Positions 10,157 through 20,053 of a stretch of 64,000 nucleotides of DNA are shown here, in pieces. Source of the DNA: Planctomycetota bacterium. GTDB lineage: Bacteria > Planctomycetota > SZUA-567 > H5-PLA8. Numbering within the stretch: position 1 is the stretch's first letter; each line of letters begins with the position of its first letter. The notes beneath the pieces are model-generated. The model ran no database searches, was not told the origin of the DNA, and worked only from the letters and a program-made list of their open reading frames with translations. Where the stretch lies: positions 96,001 to 160,000 of the forward strand of contig JBBRPR010000010.1 in the NCBI GenBank assembly GCA_038227875.1, read 5' to 3'. Both the position numbers and the translations under genes were made by a program.

Positions 10157-11080
10157 GTGCCCGAGGACTGGATTGTGGCAAAGACCCCGTCGGCCAAACC
10201 CGAACTGCTCGACACCGCGACGCTGGCGCGGCTCAACAGCCTGCAGCTGCTGGCGAAGACGGTCGTTGAAGGATTTATTCTCGGGTTGCATAAATCGCCG
10301 TTCCAGGGCGTCAGCGTCGAATTCGCGGAATACCGCGCTTATGTTCCCGGCGATGACATCAAACACATCGACTGGAAAGTTTACGCGCGCAGCGACCGGC
10401 ATTTCATCAAGCTTTTCGAAGAAGAGACAAATCTCGCCTGCCATGTGGTGCTCGACGCCAGCGGTTCGATGGCCTACGGCTCGCAGCCACTGACGAAACT
10501 GGAGTACGCTGCGCGCATGGCCGCGTGCCTCTGCTATTTCATGATGGGCCAGCGCGACGCCGCGGGGCTGGCGGTGTTCGACACGGAAGTGAAAGCGTTC
10601 CTGCCCGCGCGCTTGCGGCAGAGCCAGCTGCAACACATTCTTTCCACGCTGGAAGAGACCAAACCCGGCGCGGAAACGGACCTCGCCGGACCGCTTCATT
10701 CGGTCGCGGAAACGATCAAGAAGCGCGGCATGGTCGTCGTGATCAGTGATCTGCTCTCCGATGTCGAGCCGCTGGTCGAAGCGCTCCAGCATCTCAAATT
10801 TTCCGGTCATGACGTGCTCGTTTTCCAGGTGCTCGATCCCGATGAAATCGAATTTCCGTTCTCGAAACTGACGGAGTTCACCGACCTGGAAACCGGCGAG
10901 CGGCTGAAGACCTCTGGCCGGTCCGTGCGCGACGAATACATCAAGGAATTCAATACGCATCAGAAAGCCATTCAGGACGCGCTGGCCGATTTGAAGATCG
11001 ACTTCGCGCGCTTCGACACGCGCATGCCGCTGGATTTTGCGCTTTCGGAATACCTCTACCGTCGCGGGAGAAGTGGATGA
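10157..11080 (+). CDS. DUF58 (vWA-like) protein
   Basis: GLHKSPFQGVSVEFAEYRAYVPGDDIKHIDWKVYAR...DASGSM...VVISD; follows moxR. Confidence 0.95.
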   Translation: MPEDWIVAKTPSAKPELLDTATLARLNSLQLLAKTVVEGFILGLHKSPFQGVSVEFAEYRAYVPGDDIKHIDWKVYARSDRHFIKLFEEETNLACHVVLDASGSMAYGSQPLTKLEYAARMAACLCYFMMGQRDAAGLAVFDTEVKAFLPARLRQSQLQHILSTLEETKPGAETDLAGPLHSVAETIKKRGMVVVISDLLSDVEPLVEALQHLKFSGHDVLVFQVLDPDEIEFPFSKLTEFTDLETGERLKTSGRSVRDEYIKEFNTHQKAIQDALADLKIDFARFDTRMPLDFALSEYLYRRGRSG

Positions 11081-13095
11081 CCTGGCTTACCCCGTCGCTG
11101 CTCTGGTTCGCGCTGCTGGGCGCGGTACCGATTCTGCTTCACTTTCTGTTGCGGGAGCGCGTGCAGAAAGTCGCATTCAGCGCGATGCGTTTTTTGCGCA
11201 AGCAGAGCCGCGAGGTGCTGTCGCGCAAGAAGTGGCTGGAATGGCTGCTGACGATATTGCGCGTCGCGTGCATCATGCTGCTGGTCGCTGCGTTTGCGCG
11301 TCCGTTCTTCGCGAGCGGAATCGATGCTGCCGGAAAATTCGGCTCCGACACCTACATTCTGCTGGACACCTCGCGCTCGATGACCTTCGGCACGCGTTTC
11401 GCCGATGCCCAGGCGCAAGCCGAGCAGCTCGCCAAGGCAGCTGCGGGCGATTCGCGCATCACTGTCGTCACGTTCGGCGGTGCCGAACAAATTCACTTCA
11501 GCGAACCGGGGGATGCTACGGCCGCTGTCGACGCGATTCATCATGCCGCAGCGACAGCTGGCTCGACGGACGTCTTCGCGGCGATCGACAAAGTGCTGGA
11601 GACCGTGAAACAGCACAATGGCAGCGGCGAAGTTCATCTGATCTCCGATCTCCAGGCGTCGGGACTTCCGCGCAATCGCGATGTCCGGAAGCTACCGCCC
11701 TCCTACAAATTCGTAGTTCACGCCATCGCGGGAAAACTGCCCGAAGCCGGCGGCGTGGCTATAGAAGGTGGCGCGTTCTCCGCTGATGTCACCCCCGGGG
11801 AACAGAATTTCAGTGTTGCCGCGCGCGTTCACAACCGTGGCCCGGCGCGCGAAGTTGAGGCCCAGCTGAAAATCGCCGGCAAGAGTATCGCCACCAAACG
11901 CATTCAACTGGCCGCCAACGGAGAGACCGCGCTAACGCTCGGCGGCACGCTGCGCGACGTTGGCGAACATCCCGGTCAAGTTGTGATTACCGGCGCGCCT
12001 GTGATTCTGCCAGGCGACGACGCGTACAATTTTATCGTTCGCGTGGTGAAGAAAGTGAAAGTCGTTGTCGTCAACGGCCATCCCAGCAAGAACGAAAAGG
12101 ACGACGCCGCCTATTACATTCTCGCCGCGTTGAACGCCGGCGACGACAGCCCGTACAGCGCCAAGGCCTACGAAACGCTCCCCGACCTGAAAGACGTCAA
12201 CGTGGTCATTCTCTCCGCGCTCTCGACGTTGCCTCCGGCGGATGTGAAGCGCCTGGAAGAGTTCGTGAAGTCTGGCGGAGGAATGATGATCAGCGCCGGC
12301 CCCGGCGTCAACGCGGCATCGTTTGACGCGAGCATCGGCACGATCTCGCCCGCGAAATTGCGCGCGTGGACGGCCGGCGACGATCTGTTCCTGATGCCTG
12401 CCAACGCGCATCACTCCTTGGTCACGCGGATCGTTTCCGAAGGCGGCGGCGATCTTACGGCCGGACGTTTCAACGGATACTGGGACCTGAAAGATTCGCA
12501 GGAAGCTGATGTCGTCCTGCGCTTCAGCAACAATCGTCCCGCGCTGCTGCAAGGTCACCTCGGCAATGGCACCACGATTTTCTTTCCCGCCGCGATGGAT
12601 ATGCGCGCCGGCGATTTTCCCCTGCACGGCATTTTCGTGCCCTTCATTCGCGAGGCCGTACGAATTCTGCAGGACCACGGCACGAAAGCCGCCAGCGTCC
12701 TCGCTGGGGAATCCTATCAACTCGGCGCCGATGGCAGCATCGAAGGCCCGGACGGGAAAATTCAGCGCAGCGAGAAGTCTGCCGTGGCCGTGACACTCAG
12801 TGCGCCGGGCATCTATAAGGTGACGCAGTCGAACACCACCGAACTCCTGGCCGTGAATGGCGACGTGAAGGAATCCGACCTCACGCCCGCGTCTGCTTCC
12901 GATCTCGAGAAGATGATTGCCTCCGCGCCAGAAACTGAAGTTCGCCGCACGGCCGAAGGTTTCGAACGCGTGCTTAGCGGCGACGCGCGGGTGGGGGCGG
13001 AGCACAAACAGAATATCGGCTGGTACTGTCTGCTCACCGTCGCGGCGTTGTGTCTGACGGAACTTTACGTGGCCCAGCTTGCATCGAGGAAATAA
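11077..13095 (+). CDS. BatA N-terminal domain + vWA membrane protein
   Basis: PILLHFL...FSAMRFL...LVAAFARP BatA motif, MIDAS DTSRS, LISD, C-terminal TM; ATGA-coupled to DUF58. Confidence 0.9.
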   Translation: MTWLTPSLLWFALLGAVPILLHFLLRERVQKVAFSAMRFLRKQSREVLSRKKWLEWLLTILRVACIMLLVAAFARPFFASGIDAAGKFGSDTYILLDTSRSMTFGTRFADAQAQAEQLAKAAAGDSRITVVTFGGAEQIHFSEPGDATAAVDAIHHAAATAGSTDVFAAIDKVLETVKQHNGSGEVHLISDLQASGLPRNRDVRKLPPSYKFVVHAIAGKLPEAGGVAIEGGAFSADVTPGEQNFSVAARVHNRGPAREVEAQLKIAGKSIATKRIQLAANGETALTLGGTLRDVGEHPGQVVITGAPVILPGDDAYNFIVRVVKKVKVVVVNGHPSKNEKDDAAYYILAALNAGDDSPYSAKAYETLPDLKDVNVVILSALSTLPPADVKRLEEFVKSGGGMMISAGPGVNAASFDASIGTISPAKLRAWTAGDDLFLMPANAHHSLVTRIVSEGGGDLTAGRFNGYWDLKDSQEADVVLRFSNNRPALLQGHLGNGTTIFFPAAMDMRAGDFPLHGIFVPFIREAVRILQDHGTKAASVLAGESYQLGADGSIEGPDGKIQRSEKSAVAVTLSAPGIYKVTQSNTTELLAVNGDVKESDLTPASASDLEKMIASAPETEVRRTAEGFERVLSGDARVGAEHKQNIGWYCLLTVAALCLTELYVAQLASRK

Positions 13096-14849
13096 TGACA
13101 GAGCTGCAGCGAAAAATCGATGCGGTGCGCGGCGCGTGGCGGCGCACAGAGATGCTCAAAGGCGTCGCCGCGCTGATTTCCGACGCGATAGTGATTGTGC
13201 TGGCCCTGATCGCCATCGACGCGATTTATCACCTCGCCGCGCCGATCCGCGGCGGACTGCTGCTAGTTGGACTCGGGATTCTTGCCGGCGCCGCGTTTCT
13301 TGCATTGTTGAAACCGCTCAAGAAAAAGCATCAAGACGGCGACCTGGCGCTCTACGTTGAAAATCGATTTCCCGATTTGAAAGGCACGCTCATCGCCGCC
13401 GTGGAGTTCGAAGGCCGCGACGCCAGCAGCCCGATGCAGGCCGGCCTGATCGAATCGCTCGTCACCGACTGCCTGGAACGCGCTGCCAAGGTCAACATCG
13501 CCGATGCCATCGACAAAGGGCGGCTGAAGACACGCGTGATCGCTGCCGCCGTGCTGCTCGCGTTTTTTCTCGGCGCGGTGTTGATCAAGCCGCAACTGTT
13601 CCAGCATCAGCTCGCCCGCGTTCTGACGCCGTGGGTCGATGTACCGCTCAGCGAATCCGAGCAGGCGCTGCTGCGCGAAAAGGAAGAGCAGAAAGCCCGG
13701 GCTGAGCAGGTGCTTCATCAGATGGAGGAAGCCGCCAAGCCCATTAAGATCGAACTGAATGTGATGCCCGGCAATACGGATGTGATTCGCGGCGGAGAAC
13801 TGGCGATCGATGCCGGCGCCAACAAGATTACCGCGATTCCCGTGCTGAAATTCAAAGGCAGCGACGGCGAATGGCGCAAGCTGGAGATGAACGAAGACCC
13901 GTCGCGGCCCGAACACTACACCCGTACGCTCAGCGACCTCAGCGAGGACGTCACGTACCGCGTCGCGATGAAAGACGTCGAATCACCGGAATACACGATC
14001 CACGTTTTCGATCCGGCCACAATCAAGAACCTGCGCCTGACGTACCACTTTCCGAAGTTCATGGAGAAGCCCGATCACATCGTCACGGGCATGGACGGCA
14101 ATATCGAGGCGCTCGAAGGGTCCACGGTCGACATCGCACTGCTGGCGACGGGGCCGTTGAAGTCTGGCAAATTGGCGCTGAGCAGCGGCGAAATAGTCAC
14201 GATGTCCGCGACGGGCAACGAAGTTTCCGGCACGATCACCGTCGACAAACCCGGCGACTACAGCATCGTCGCCACCGACACGCGCGGAGCGTCGCTCGCG
14301 CCGCCGACGCGCTTTTCGATCACTCCGCTCAAGCCGTTGCCGCCGACGCTGGACGTCGTCTACCCGGCGCTCGATTCGCTGGTTCATCCCATGGAAGAAA
14401 TCGCGTTCGCCGCGAAAGTCGAAGGCAGCGTCGGTCTGAAGGAAGTGCGCCTCCATTCGTTCTACAACAGTGAAGCCGAGCAAGTCCAGCGCGTCTCGTG
14501 TCGCGAAAACGATCAGCCCGCGACGATGAAACTGGCGGAATTCGTCATCGATCTGGAGAAGCGCAAGAACGTCCAGGCCGGCGACACGATTCTCTATCAC
14601 TTCGAAGCCGAAGACATGAAGGGTCAGGTGTCGTCGAGCGACGTGTACTCCGTGACCGTCCGCGCGATCGAATCGTTCTCCGCCTACGGATATCATCCCG
14701 TCATGCCCGCGCACGGCTATGCCGGCCCGGCGCTGATCAATGTCATCGGCGCCGCGTGGGATCTGCACACCAAAGAGAAAACGATGACCCCCGAAGAATT
14801 CAAAGCCGCCTGCGAAAAAGTGGCGCGTGCGCTGGAAGACAATCACTAG
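13095..14849 (+). CDS. DUF4175-type membrane protein, N-terminal TM + Ig-like portion only
   Basis: TAATG coupling at 13093-13097; three TM helices, ALYVENRFPDLKGTLIAAVEF, tandem beta-rich Ig-like segments; no long coiled-coil tail. Confidence 0.7.
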   Translation: MTELQRKIDAVRGAWRRTEMLKGVAALISDAIVIVLALIAIDAIYHLAAPIRGGLLLVGLGILAGAAFLALLKPLKKKHQDGDLALYVENRFPDLKGTLIAAVEFEGRDASSPMQAGLIESLVTDCLERAAKVNIADAIDKGRLKTRVIAAAVLLAFFLGAVLIKPQLFQHQLARVLTPWVDVPLSESEQALLREKEEQKARAEQVLHQMEEAAKPIKIELNVMPGNTDVIRGGELAIDAGANKITAIPVLKFKGSDGEWRKLEMNEDPSRPEHYTRTLSDLSEDVTYRVAMKDVESPEYTIHVFDPATIKNLRLTYHFPKFMEKPDHIVTGMDGNIEALEGSTVDIALLATGPLKSGKLALSSGEIVTMSATGNEVSGTITVDKPGDYSIVATDTRGASLAPPTRFSITPLKPLPPTLDVVYPALDSLVHPMEEIAFAAKVEGSVGLKEVRLHSFYNSEAEQVQRVSCRENDQPATMKLAEFVIDLEKRKNVQAGDTILYHFEAEDMKGQVSSSDVYSVTVRAIESFSAYGYHPVMPAHGYAGPALINVIGAAWDLHTKEKTMTPEEFKAACEKVARALEDNH

Positions 14850-14963
14850 TCATTTCGAAACGGCAATGCCACCGGGCCTCGCTTCTGCTAAAATGCAGAG
14901 CGTGCGTCGGGCGGTGTGCCTTGCGCTGCCCGTTTGTTCCGAACTTTGTGGCTCCTTTCCGTC

Positions 14964-16004
14964 ATGTCGAATCCCCGAACGATCGTTTCCATGTCCGAAG
15001 ATGAATTGGCCGCGCTCTTCAAGAGTTACGGCGAGCCCGCGTTTCGCGCGACGCAGTTGCGGGAGTTTGTCTTCCGGCGCGGCGTCGCTTCCTACGATGG
15101 CGTAACCAATCTAAGCAAAGTGCTGCGCGCGAAGCTGGCGGAGACCGCGCCGCTTTACGAAATGACCGTCGCCGGCGAAAGCGAAGGCGACGACGCGACC
15201 AAGTGGCTGTGGAAAGCCCGCGACGGAGCGCTGATCGAGTCCGTGCAGATCCGCACGCCCGATCGCGTCACGAGCTGCCTCTCGAGCCAGGTGGGATGCG
15301 CGATGGGCTGCGTTTTCTGCGCGACGGGACTTGGCGGCTTCGAACGCCACTTGAGCTACGCCGAAATCATCGAGCAGTACCTGCAAATGTGGGCGCGATC
15401 CGGCGTGCATTCCAGCCACATCGTGTTCATGGGCATGGGTGAGCCGTTCCACAATTACGACGAAGTCATGCGCGCCGTCCGTATCCTGAACAGTCCGCCG
15501 CCGAAGGGCGTGGGCATCGGTGCGCGCAAGATCACGATCTCCACCGTCGGCATCGTGCCGGGCATCAAGCAGCTGGCGCAGGAAAAGCTCCAGATCGAGC
15601 TGGCCATTTCGCTCCACGCGCCCGACGAAGAGACGCGCCGCAAATTGATTCCCGTGGCCAAGCGCTACCCCATTAAGGAAATCATGAAAGCCGCGGAGGA
15701 GTTCTCGCGCAACACGCGGCGTATTGTGACGTACGAATATGTATTGCTGGCCGGCGTCAACGATTCATCACACCAGGCCGGCGAACTGGTGGGGCTGCTG
15801 CAGTCACACCCCTGCAAGGTGAATCTGATTCCGTTCAATGCCGTCAACGATAGCGGCTACGCGCGGCCGACCATCGAAGCGCAGGAGAATTTCAAAGGCA
15901 TTCTCGAGCGCGCGCACATTCCCGTCACGATCCGCTTTTCGAAAGGGCGCAAAGTCGACGCAGCCTGCGGTCAATTGCGGCGGCACACGGCGGAAACCAA
16001 GTAG
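14964..16004 (+). CDS. rlmN: 23S rRNA (adenine(2503)-C2)-methyltransferase, radical SAM
   Basis: CLSSQVGCAMGCVFCATG, FMGMGEP, ITISTVG, LAISLHA, C-terminal AACGQL. Confidence 0.95.
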   Translation: MSNPRTIVSMSEDELAALFKSYGEPAFRATQLREFVFRRGVASYDGVTNLSKVLRAKLAETAPLYEMTVAGESEGDDATKWLWKARDGALIESVQIRTPDRVTSCLSSQVGCAMGCVFCATGLGGFERHLSYAEIIEQYLQMWARSGVHSSHIVFMGMGEPFHNYDEVMRAVRILNSPPPKGVGIGARKITISTVGIVPGIKQLAQEKLQIELAISLHAPDEETRRKLIPVAKRYPIKEIMKAAEEFSRNTRRIVTYEYVLLAGVNDSSHQAGELVGLLQSHPCKVNLIPFNAVNDSGYARPTIEAQENFKGILERAHIPVTIRFSKGRKVDAACGQLRRHTAETK

Positions 16005-16049
16005 CCGTCATTCATGAGTCGTAGTTGCGACAGGATTATTACAGGAAAA

Positions 16050-16077
16050 ACGCCGATTTTAATCGGCGTCTTTTTTT
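16050..16077 (+). terminator. Rho-independent terminator after rlmN
   Basis: Inverted repeat ACGCCGATT/AATCGGCGT followed by C and T7. Confidence 0.75.
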
Positions 16078-16103
16078 GAAACTTTATTCAACTCCACGTC
16101 GTC
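16077..16103 (+). promoter_or_regulatory. Putative ECF-type promoter upstream of the first ECF sigma gene
   Basis: TGAAAC-N17-CGTC, matching the generic AAC/CGT ECF promoter layout. Confidence 0.4.
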
Positions 16104-16155
16104 CCCTCTACCGAAGTTGAACTCGAATCTTCGAGCTTCGACGCGGGAGTTGTGG

Positions 16156-16782
16156 ATGGCGATGGCAGCGGCCCTGGCAGACGGTCAGCAGATTTCGCAC
16201 TTCCGGTGTGAGCCGGATGCAACCGGCGCGAACGTCACGGCCGAATCGATCGAATCCTTGCGCGCAGGCGATGCCGGCTGCTGGGAGCGCCTGCTGATCC
16301 GCATGGAACGCCGCGCGCTGGCGCTGTCATGGCGGATTCTCAACGACGCGCATCTTGCCGCGGACGCGGTCCAGAACGCGTTCGTCAAAGCGTACACGCG
16401 CCGCTCTGCGCTCCATGCTGGCAGCGACGTGGAGCGCTGGCTGCTGGCGATCGTCGCCAACGCGGCCCGGGATATGGCCCGCCAGAACGCGCGCGCACAC
16501 GGACGAATTCAAGGCAACGCCGAAGAGTTGGCTCAGCGTGCGGAGCATGCCGCGCCGGAAGTCTGCGAGAGCGAAATGGAGCAGCGCTTGCGCGTGGCGT
16601 TATCGAAACTCGATGAGGAGTCGCGCGTGCTTTTTCTGCTCGTCCATCAGGAAGGCTTTTCGTACGAGGCCGTCGCGAAAGAACTGGGGTGGCCGCTGGG
16701 TACGGTGCGGTCGACGCTGCATCGGGCGCGGTTGAGGTTGCGTGAATTACTCAGAAATAGACGCGGGGAGTCCGGATCATGA
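16156..16782 (+). CDS. ECF RNA polymerase sigma factor
   Basis: AADAVQNAFVKAY, WLLAIVANAARD, region 4 GFSYEAVAKELGWPLGTVRSTLHRAR; start uncertain (TTG 16117 or ATG 16156). Confidence 0.9.
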   Translation: MAMAAALADGQQISHFRCEPDATGANVTAESIESLRAGDAGCWERLLIRMERRALALSWRILNDAHLAADAVQNAFVKAYTRRSALHAGSDVERWLLAIVANAARDMARQNARAHGRIQGNAEELAQRAEHAAPEVCESEMEQRLRVALSKLDEESRVLFLLVHQEGFSYEAVAKELGWPLGTVRSTLHRARLRLRELLRNRRGESGS

Positions 16783-17627
16783 ACTGCGATTCAGCGCAAA
16801 TCCTGATTCAAGCGCGGCTCGACCGCGAGCTGGATGTCGAGCGCGCCATCGAGTTGGGGGGGCACCTGGCGCTCTGCCCGGAATGCCGCGACTTGTCTGC
16901 GGATCTAGAACAGTGTTGTGTCTCGGCCGGAGTGCTTCCTGAGTTTCGCACCGGCAGTGTGGTGAGCGCAGCGGCGTTGAATCGGATACGCAATGCAGAC
17001 CAACTGCCGAGGCGGAATTGGAGACCGCAGTGGGCCGCTCTGGCGGCAGGTATCGCGATGATCCTGGGATTCGGCGGCTATTTTCGTCTTCGAAGCCCTT
17101 CTCTAACCGAATATCCGAAAGCCGCCGCGCCCGACCGGGTTGTTGTTCCGAAAATTCCTCCACCACATTCAATTCCAGTCGCGCCTGCACCCGCGCCCGA
17201 GGTGGAAATGAATCAGGATCCGATGCAGGCACTTCTGGTGGAGCACTACTGGAGCGAACACCGCCGCCCGGAAGGCGAACGCGCGCGCGAACGCCGCCGT
17301 GCCGAACTGCTTCGCGACTTGCGCAATCCAGACAAAGCCGGCGACGCTGCAGAGGAATTGCTGGATGACGCCGACAACGCCACAGTCTGGGCCGTGGCCG
17401 CGAGCGTGTCGGACACCTCCAGTGGAGCGGAGGTGTTCGCCGCTGCCGCGAAACTCAAGCCCGACCTGCGGCTGGTGCCGGTCTACATTGCCGCTCTCGA
17501 CGCTTCGAAAACACGCGCGCGCGCCACCGAGCTGCTGTGCAGCGCATCGGGAAAAAAGTTTGGATCTCAAAAGGAAATTTGGCTGACGTGGTGGGCCGGA
17601 GCCCGTTCTCAACTCCGCGATGATTAA
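16779..17627 (+). CDS. Zinc-binding (zf-HC2) transmembrane anti-sigma factor with HEAT-like C-terminus
   Basis: ATGA overlap with the sigma gene; HLALCPEC; one TM; C-terminal GKKFG...WLTWW motif. Confidence 0.85.
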   Translation: MNCDSAQILIQARLDRELDVERAIELGGHLALCPECRDLSADLEQCCVSAGVLPEFRTGSVVSAAALNRIRNADQLPRRNWRPQWAALAAGIAMILGFGGYFRLRSPSLTEYPKAAAPDRVVVPKIPPPHSIPVAPAPAPEVEMNQDPMQALLVEHYWSEHRRPEGERARERRRAELLRDLRNPDKAGDAAEELLDDADNATVWAVAASVSDTSSGAEVFAAAAKLKPDLRLVPVYIAALDASKTRARATELLCSASGKKFGSQKEIWLTWWAGARSQLRDD

Positions 17628-17664
17628 ATTTTCATGCTTTCGGATTCTTTCAGGAGCAGGCGAC

Positions 17665-18672
17665 ATGCGAAAACTATGGATGGTGATGCTGCTGTGTGGT
17701 GTGGTCTCTGGCGCGTCGGCCCCAGCGGAGGAGGCCAAGCCCGGACTCGCCGTTGAACTGCAGATTTACGATGTCGCGGACATTATCAAGCAGCCCACGG
17801 ATTTTCCGGCGTCAAGGCTGTATCCCGGCAACTCCGATTCGTCCATTGTGTCGCCTTTTGTTGACATTACGCCCGCGCCGTCGTTTCAGGCCGCGGATAT
17901 TGTTTCATTGCTGCACGACCGCGTATTTGCCGCCGAATTCGCCGATCCAAGGACCAGTATTGCCGAAAGTGGCGGCTGCCTGGTGGTGATGCAGACGCCC
18001 GCGATCCAGAAGAAGGTGACCAGTTACATTTCGAAGCTGCGCGGAATCATGAAACCGCAAGTGATCATCAAGGGAAAGTTGATGAGTGCAGCGGATATTC
18101 CTGCAGGAACGATCTTCGATGCCGCGGCGTTCTCAAAATTGAACGCGACGGTAAAGCCGGAGAGCATTCTCGCGTCAACCCGGCTGTTGAGTTACAACGG
18201 CCAACTGGTCCATACTCAGAGCGGACGGCTGTACAGCTACATCCGTGATTACGATGTCGCCGGAAGCGTCTACGACCCGGTGATTGGCCATGGACTGGAA
18301 GGCTATGTTTTTGAAACCCGCTCGACGCTCAGCAGCGATCGCAACAGTGCCGATGTCAATCTCCGCTTCACCTTCACTGCACCCAGCGGAAAGCCGGAGA
18401 CGCGCAACATCGTGCTGGCACCGCCGGTAACCTCGGTCACGGCCGCGGGAGAGAAAGCGCCGGACGCCGCCGCGGCTGCCCAGACGGTCACGCTCCCGAT
18501 AGACGTACCATCCATCGATGTCCAGGAAATCAGCACCACGCTGCGCGTGCCCCTGGGCAAATGGATGCTGGCTGGCGTGATGAACAACCCCGTCCCCAAT
18601 GCGGCAGAGAAACGCGTGCTGCTGTTTATCAGCATCGAACTGGCCGGAACTAACGCTCCCGCTGCCAAGTAG
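17665..18672 (+). CDS. Compact secretin-like secreted protein 1
   Basis: Signal peptide; IYDVADII..PTDFP, SIAESGGCLVVMQTP N-domain; YIRDYDV...DPVIG..LEGYVFE secretin-like segment. Confidence 0.6.
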   Translation: MRKLWMVMLLCGVVSGASAPAEEAKPGLAVELQIYDVADIIKQPTDFPASRLYPGNSDSSIVSPFVDITPAPSFQAADIVSLLHDRVFAAEFADPRTSIAESGGCLVVMQTPAIQKKVTSYISKLRGIMKPQVIIKGKLMSAADIPAGTIFDAAAFSKLNATVKPESILASTRLLSYNGQLVHTQSGRLYSYIRDYDVAGSVYDPVIGHGLEGYVFETRSTLSSDRNSADVNLRFTFTAPSGKPETRNIVLAPPVTSVTAAGEKAPDAAAAAQTVTLPIDVPSIDVQEISTTLRVPLGKWMLAGVMNNPVPNAAEKRVLLFISIELAGTNAPAAK

Positions 18673-18722
18673 CCGCGGCACTCCAGCACGATTCCTCCCA
18701 TTGATCCTCAAGGAGATTTTCC

Positions 18723-19805
18723 ATGCGTACACGATGTATGACAGTTCTGATGGTCGTGGGTTGCCTGGCATCCTGTGCCTTTGGCGCCGACGATCCGCCC
18801 AAGATCGACGTCGAAATGAAAATCTACGACGTCCATAGCCTCGTAAACCCGGTTGTGGATTATCCCGGTCCGGATTTGAATTTAGGCGCGTCTCCTGTCT
18901 CTGCCGCCCCCACGGCACCGATGGGCAACGGGGTGAGTCCCAAGGTAACGGTCGTTCCCACGGTCGCGAATATTGTAGACATGCTCAAATCCCGAGTGCG
19001 ACCGGAATCATGGGATCCAGCGCTCGGGACCAGTGTCGAGGAGATGAGCGGCTATCTCGTGATCATGCAGCGGCCCGAAGTTCATGCATTGATTACTCAA
19101 CTGCTCGCCGCGTTTAGCAACACGTCGCAAAGGCAGGTGGTGGTCAAGTCACTGCTCATTCCCGCGGCCACAATTCCCGACGAGACGTTCTTCGACGACG
19201 CTGAACTGAACAAGGCATTCGATGGCAACGCGGCCGCGGCTGCTGTTGCCGCGCCGCGCATATCCTGCTTCAACAAGCAGCGCGTTTACGTGCTGAGCGG
19301 AACTATGGTCTCTGTCGTTCGCGACCTGGACGTCAACGGCGATAGTTACGATCCCGTCGTGACGTCGCAGGTCGATGGCTTTGTTCTCGATGTGCGCCCC
19401 ACGGTTTCCTACGACAGCAGCGTGACGGAACTGGAGCTACGCGCCTCGTTTAACACCAATTTGAAGCGCAATCCCCGGACGCTGGGGACCCCCGCTTCCA
19501 GCGCACTGCGCTCCGTGGCGGCGCTGGCGCAGGAAGAGTCGAGTAGCACCACGACAAAAAAAGAGAACGGCCATGACGAAGTCACTGCCAGCAGCCGCCG
19601 CCCCGCTGGCCAGATCCTGAACGCGCAGTACCTGGTCGGAATCGACATGGATTTTCCCTCCGTCGACAGCGGCAATGTTCGCACGGAACTTTCGATCCCC
19701 ACGGGGAAATGGGTGCTCGCCGCGACGCTGAACAACCCCGACGCAAAATCTCCCAAGAAGAACATGTTGCTCTTCGTGAGTTCCGAAACGATCGACACGA
19801 AGTGA
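18723..19805 (+). CDS. Compact secretin-like secreted protein 2 (tandem paralog)
   Basis: Signal peptide; IYDVHSLV..VVDYPGP, SVEEMSGYLVIMQRPEVH; PRISCFNKQR...DPVV...GFVLDVRPTVSYD; aligns with 17665-18672 by eye. Confidence 0.6.
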   Translation: MRTRCMTVLMVVGCLASCAFGADDPPKIDVEMKIYDVHSLVNPVVDYPGPDLNLGASPVSAAPTAPMGNGVSPKVTVVPTVANIVDMLKSRVRPESWDPALGTSVEEMSGYLVIMQRPEVHALITQLLAAFSNTSQRQVVVKSLLIPAATIPDETFFDDAELNKAFDGNAAAAAVAAPRISCFNKQRVYVLSGTMVSVVRDLDVNGDSYDPVVTSQVDGFVLDVRPTVSYDSSVTELELRASFNTNLKRNPRTLGTPASSALRSVAALAQEESSSTTTKKENGHDEVTASSRRPAGQILNAQYLVGIDMDFPSVDSGNVRTELSIPTGKWVLAATLNNPDAKSPKKNMLLFVSSETIDTK

Positions 19806-19821
19806 ATGGGACTTGGTCCAT

Positions 19822-19892
19822 TGGTCAAAATCCAACATGGGGAAAATTTTCCCTATCCTGCCAACCCTGTCGTAAATTTACGACAGGGTTGG
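19822..19892. repeat. AAATTT-centred palindromic repeat pair (family B)
   Basis: TGGTCAAAATCCAACAT + GGGAAAATTTTCCC, then perfect 32-bp palindrome CCAACCCTGTCGTAAATTTACGACAGGGTTGG (19861-19892). Confidence 0.85.
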
Positions 19893-20007
19893 TTCCAGAC
19901 ATTTGGGCGTACTCGCAACGCTCAAGCGTCAACGCATCCATGACACCCGCCTTCCGCGTGCGTTTTTTATTTTGAATTTTAAATTTTTAACTTTCCCCGC
20001 CCCATCC

Positions 20008-20033
20008 TGTAACCTCGCCTGTTCCCAAGCGTC
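20008..20033 (+). promoter_or_regulatory. Putative ECF-type promoter upstream of the second ECF sigma gene
   Basis: TGTAAC-N16-CGTC about 20 bp before the ATG. Confidence 0.5.
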
Positions 20034-20053
20034 TCACGTGGGTGCGAACAGGC

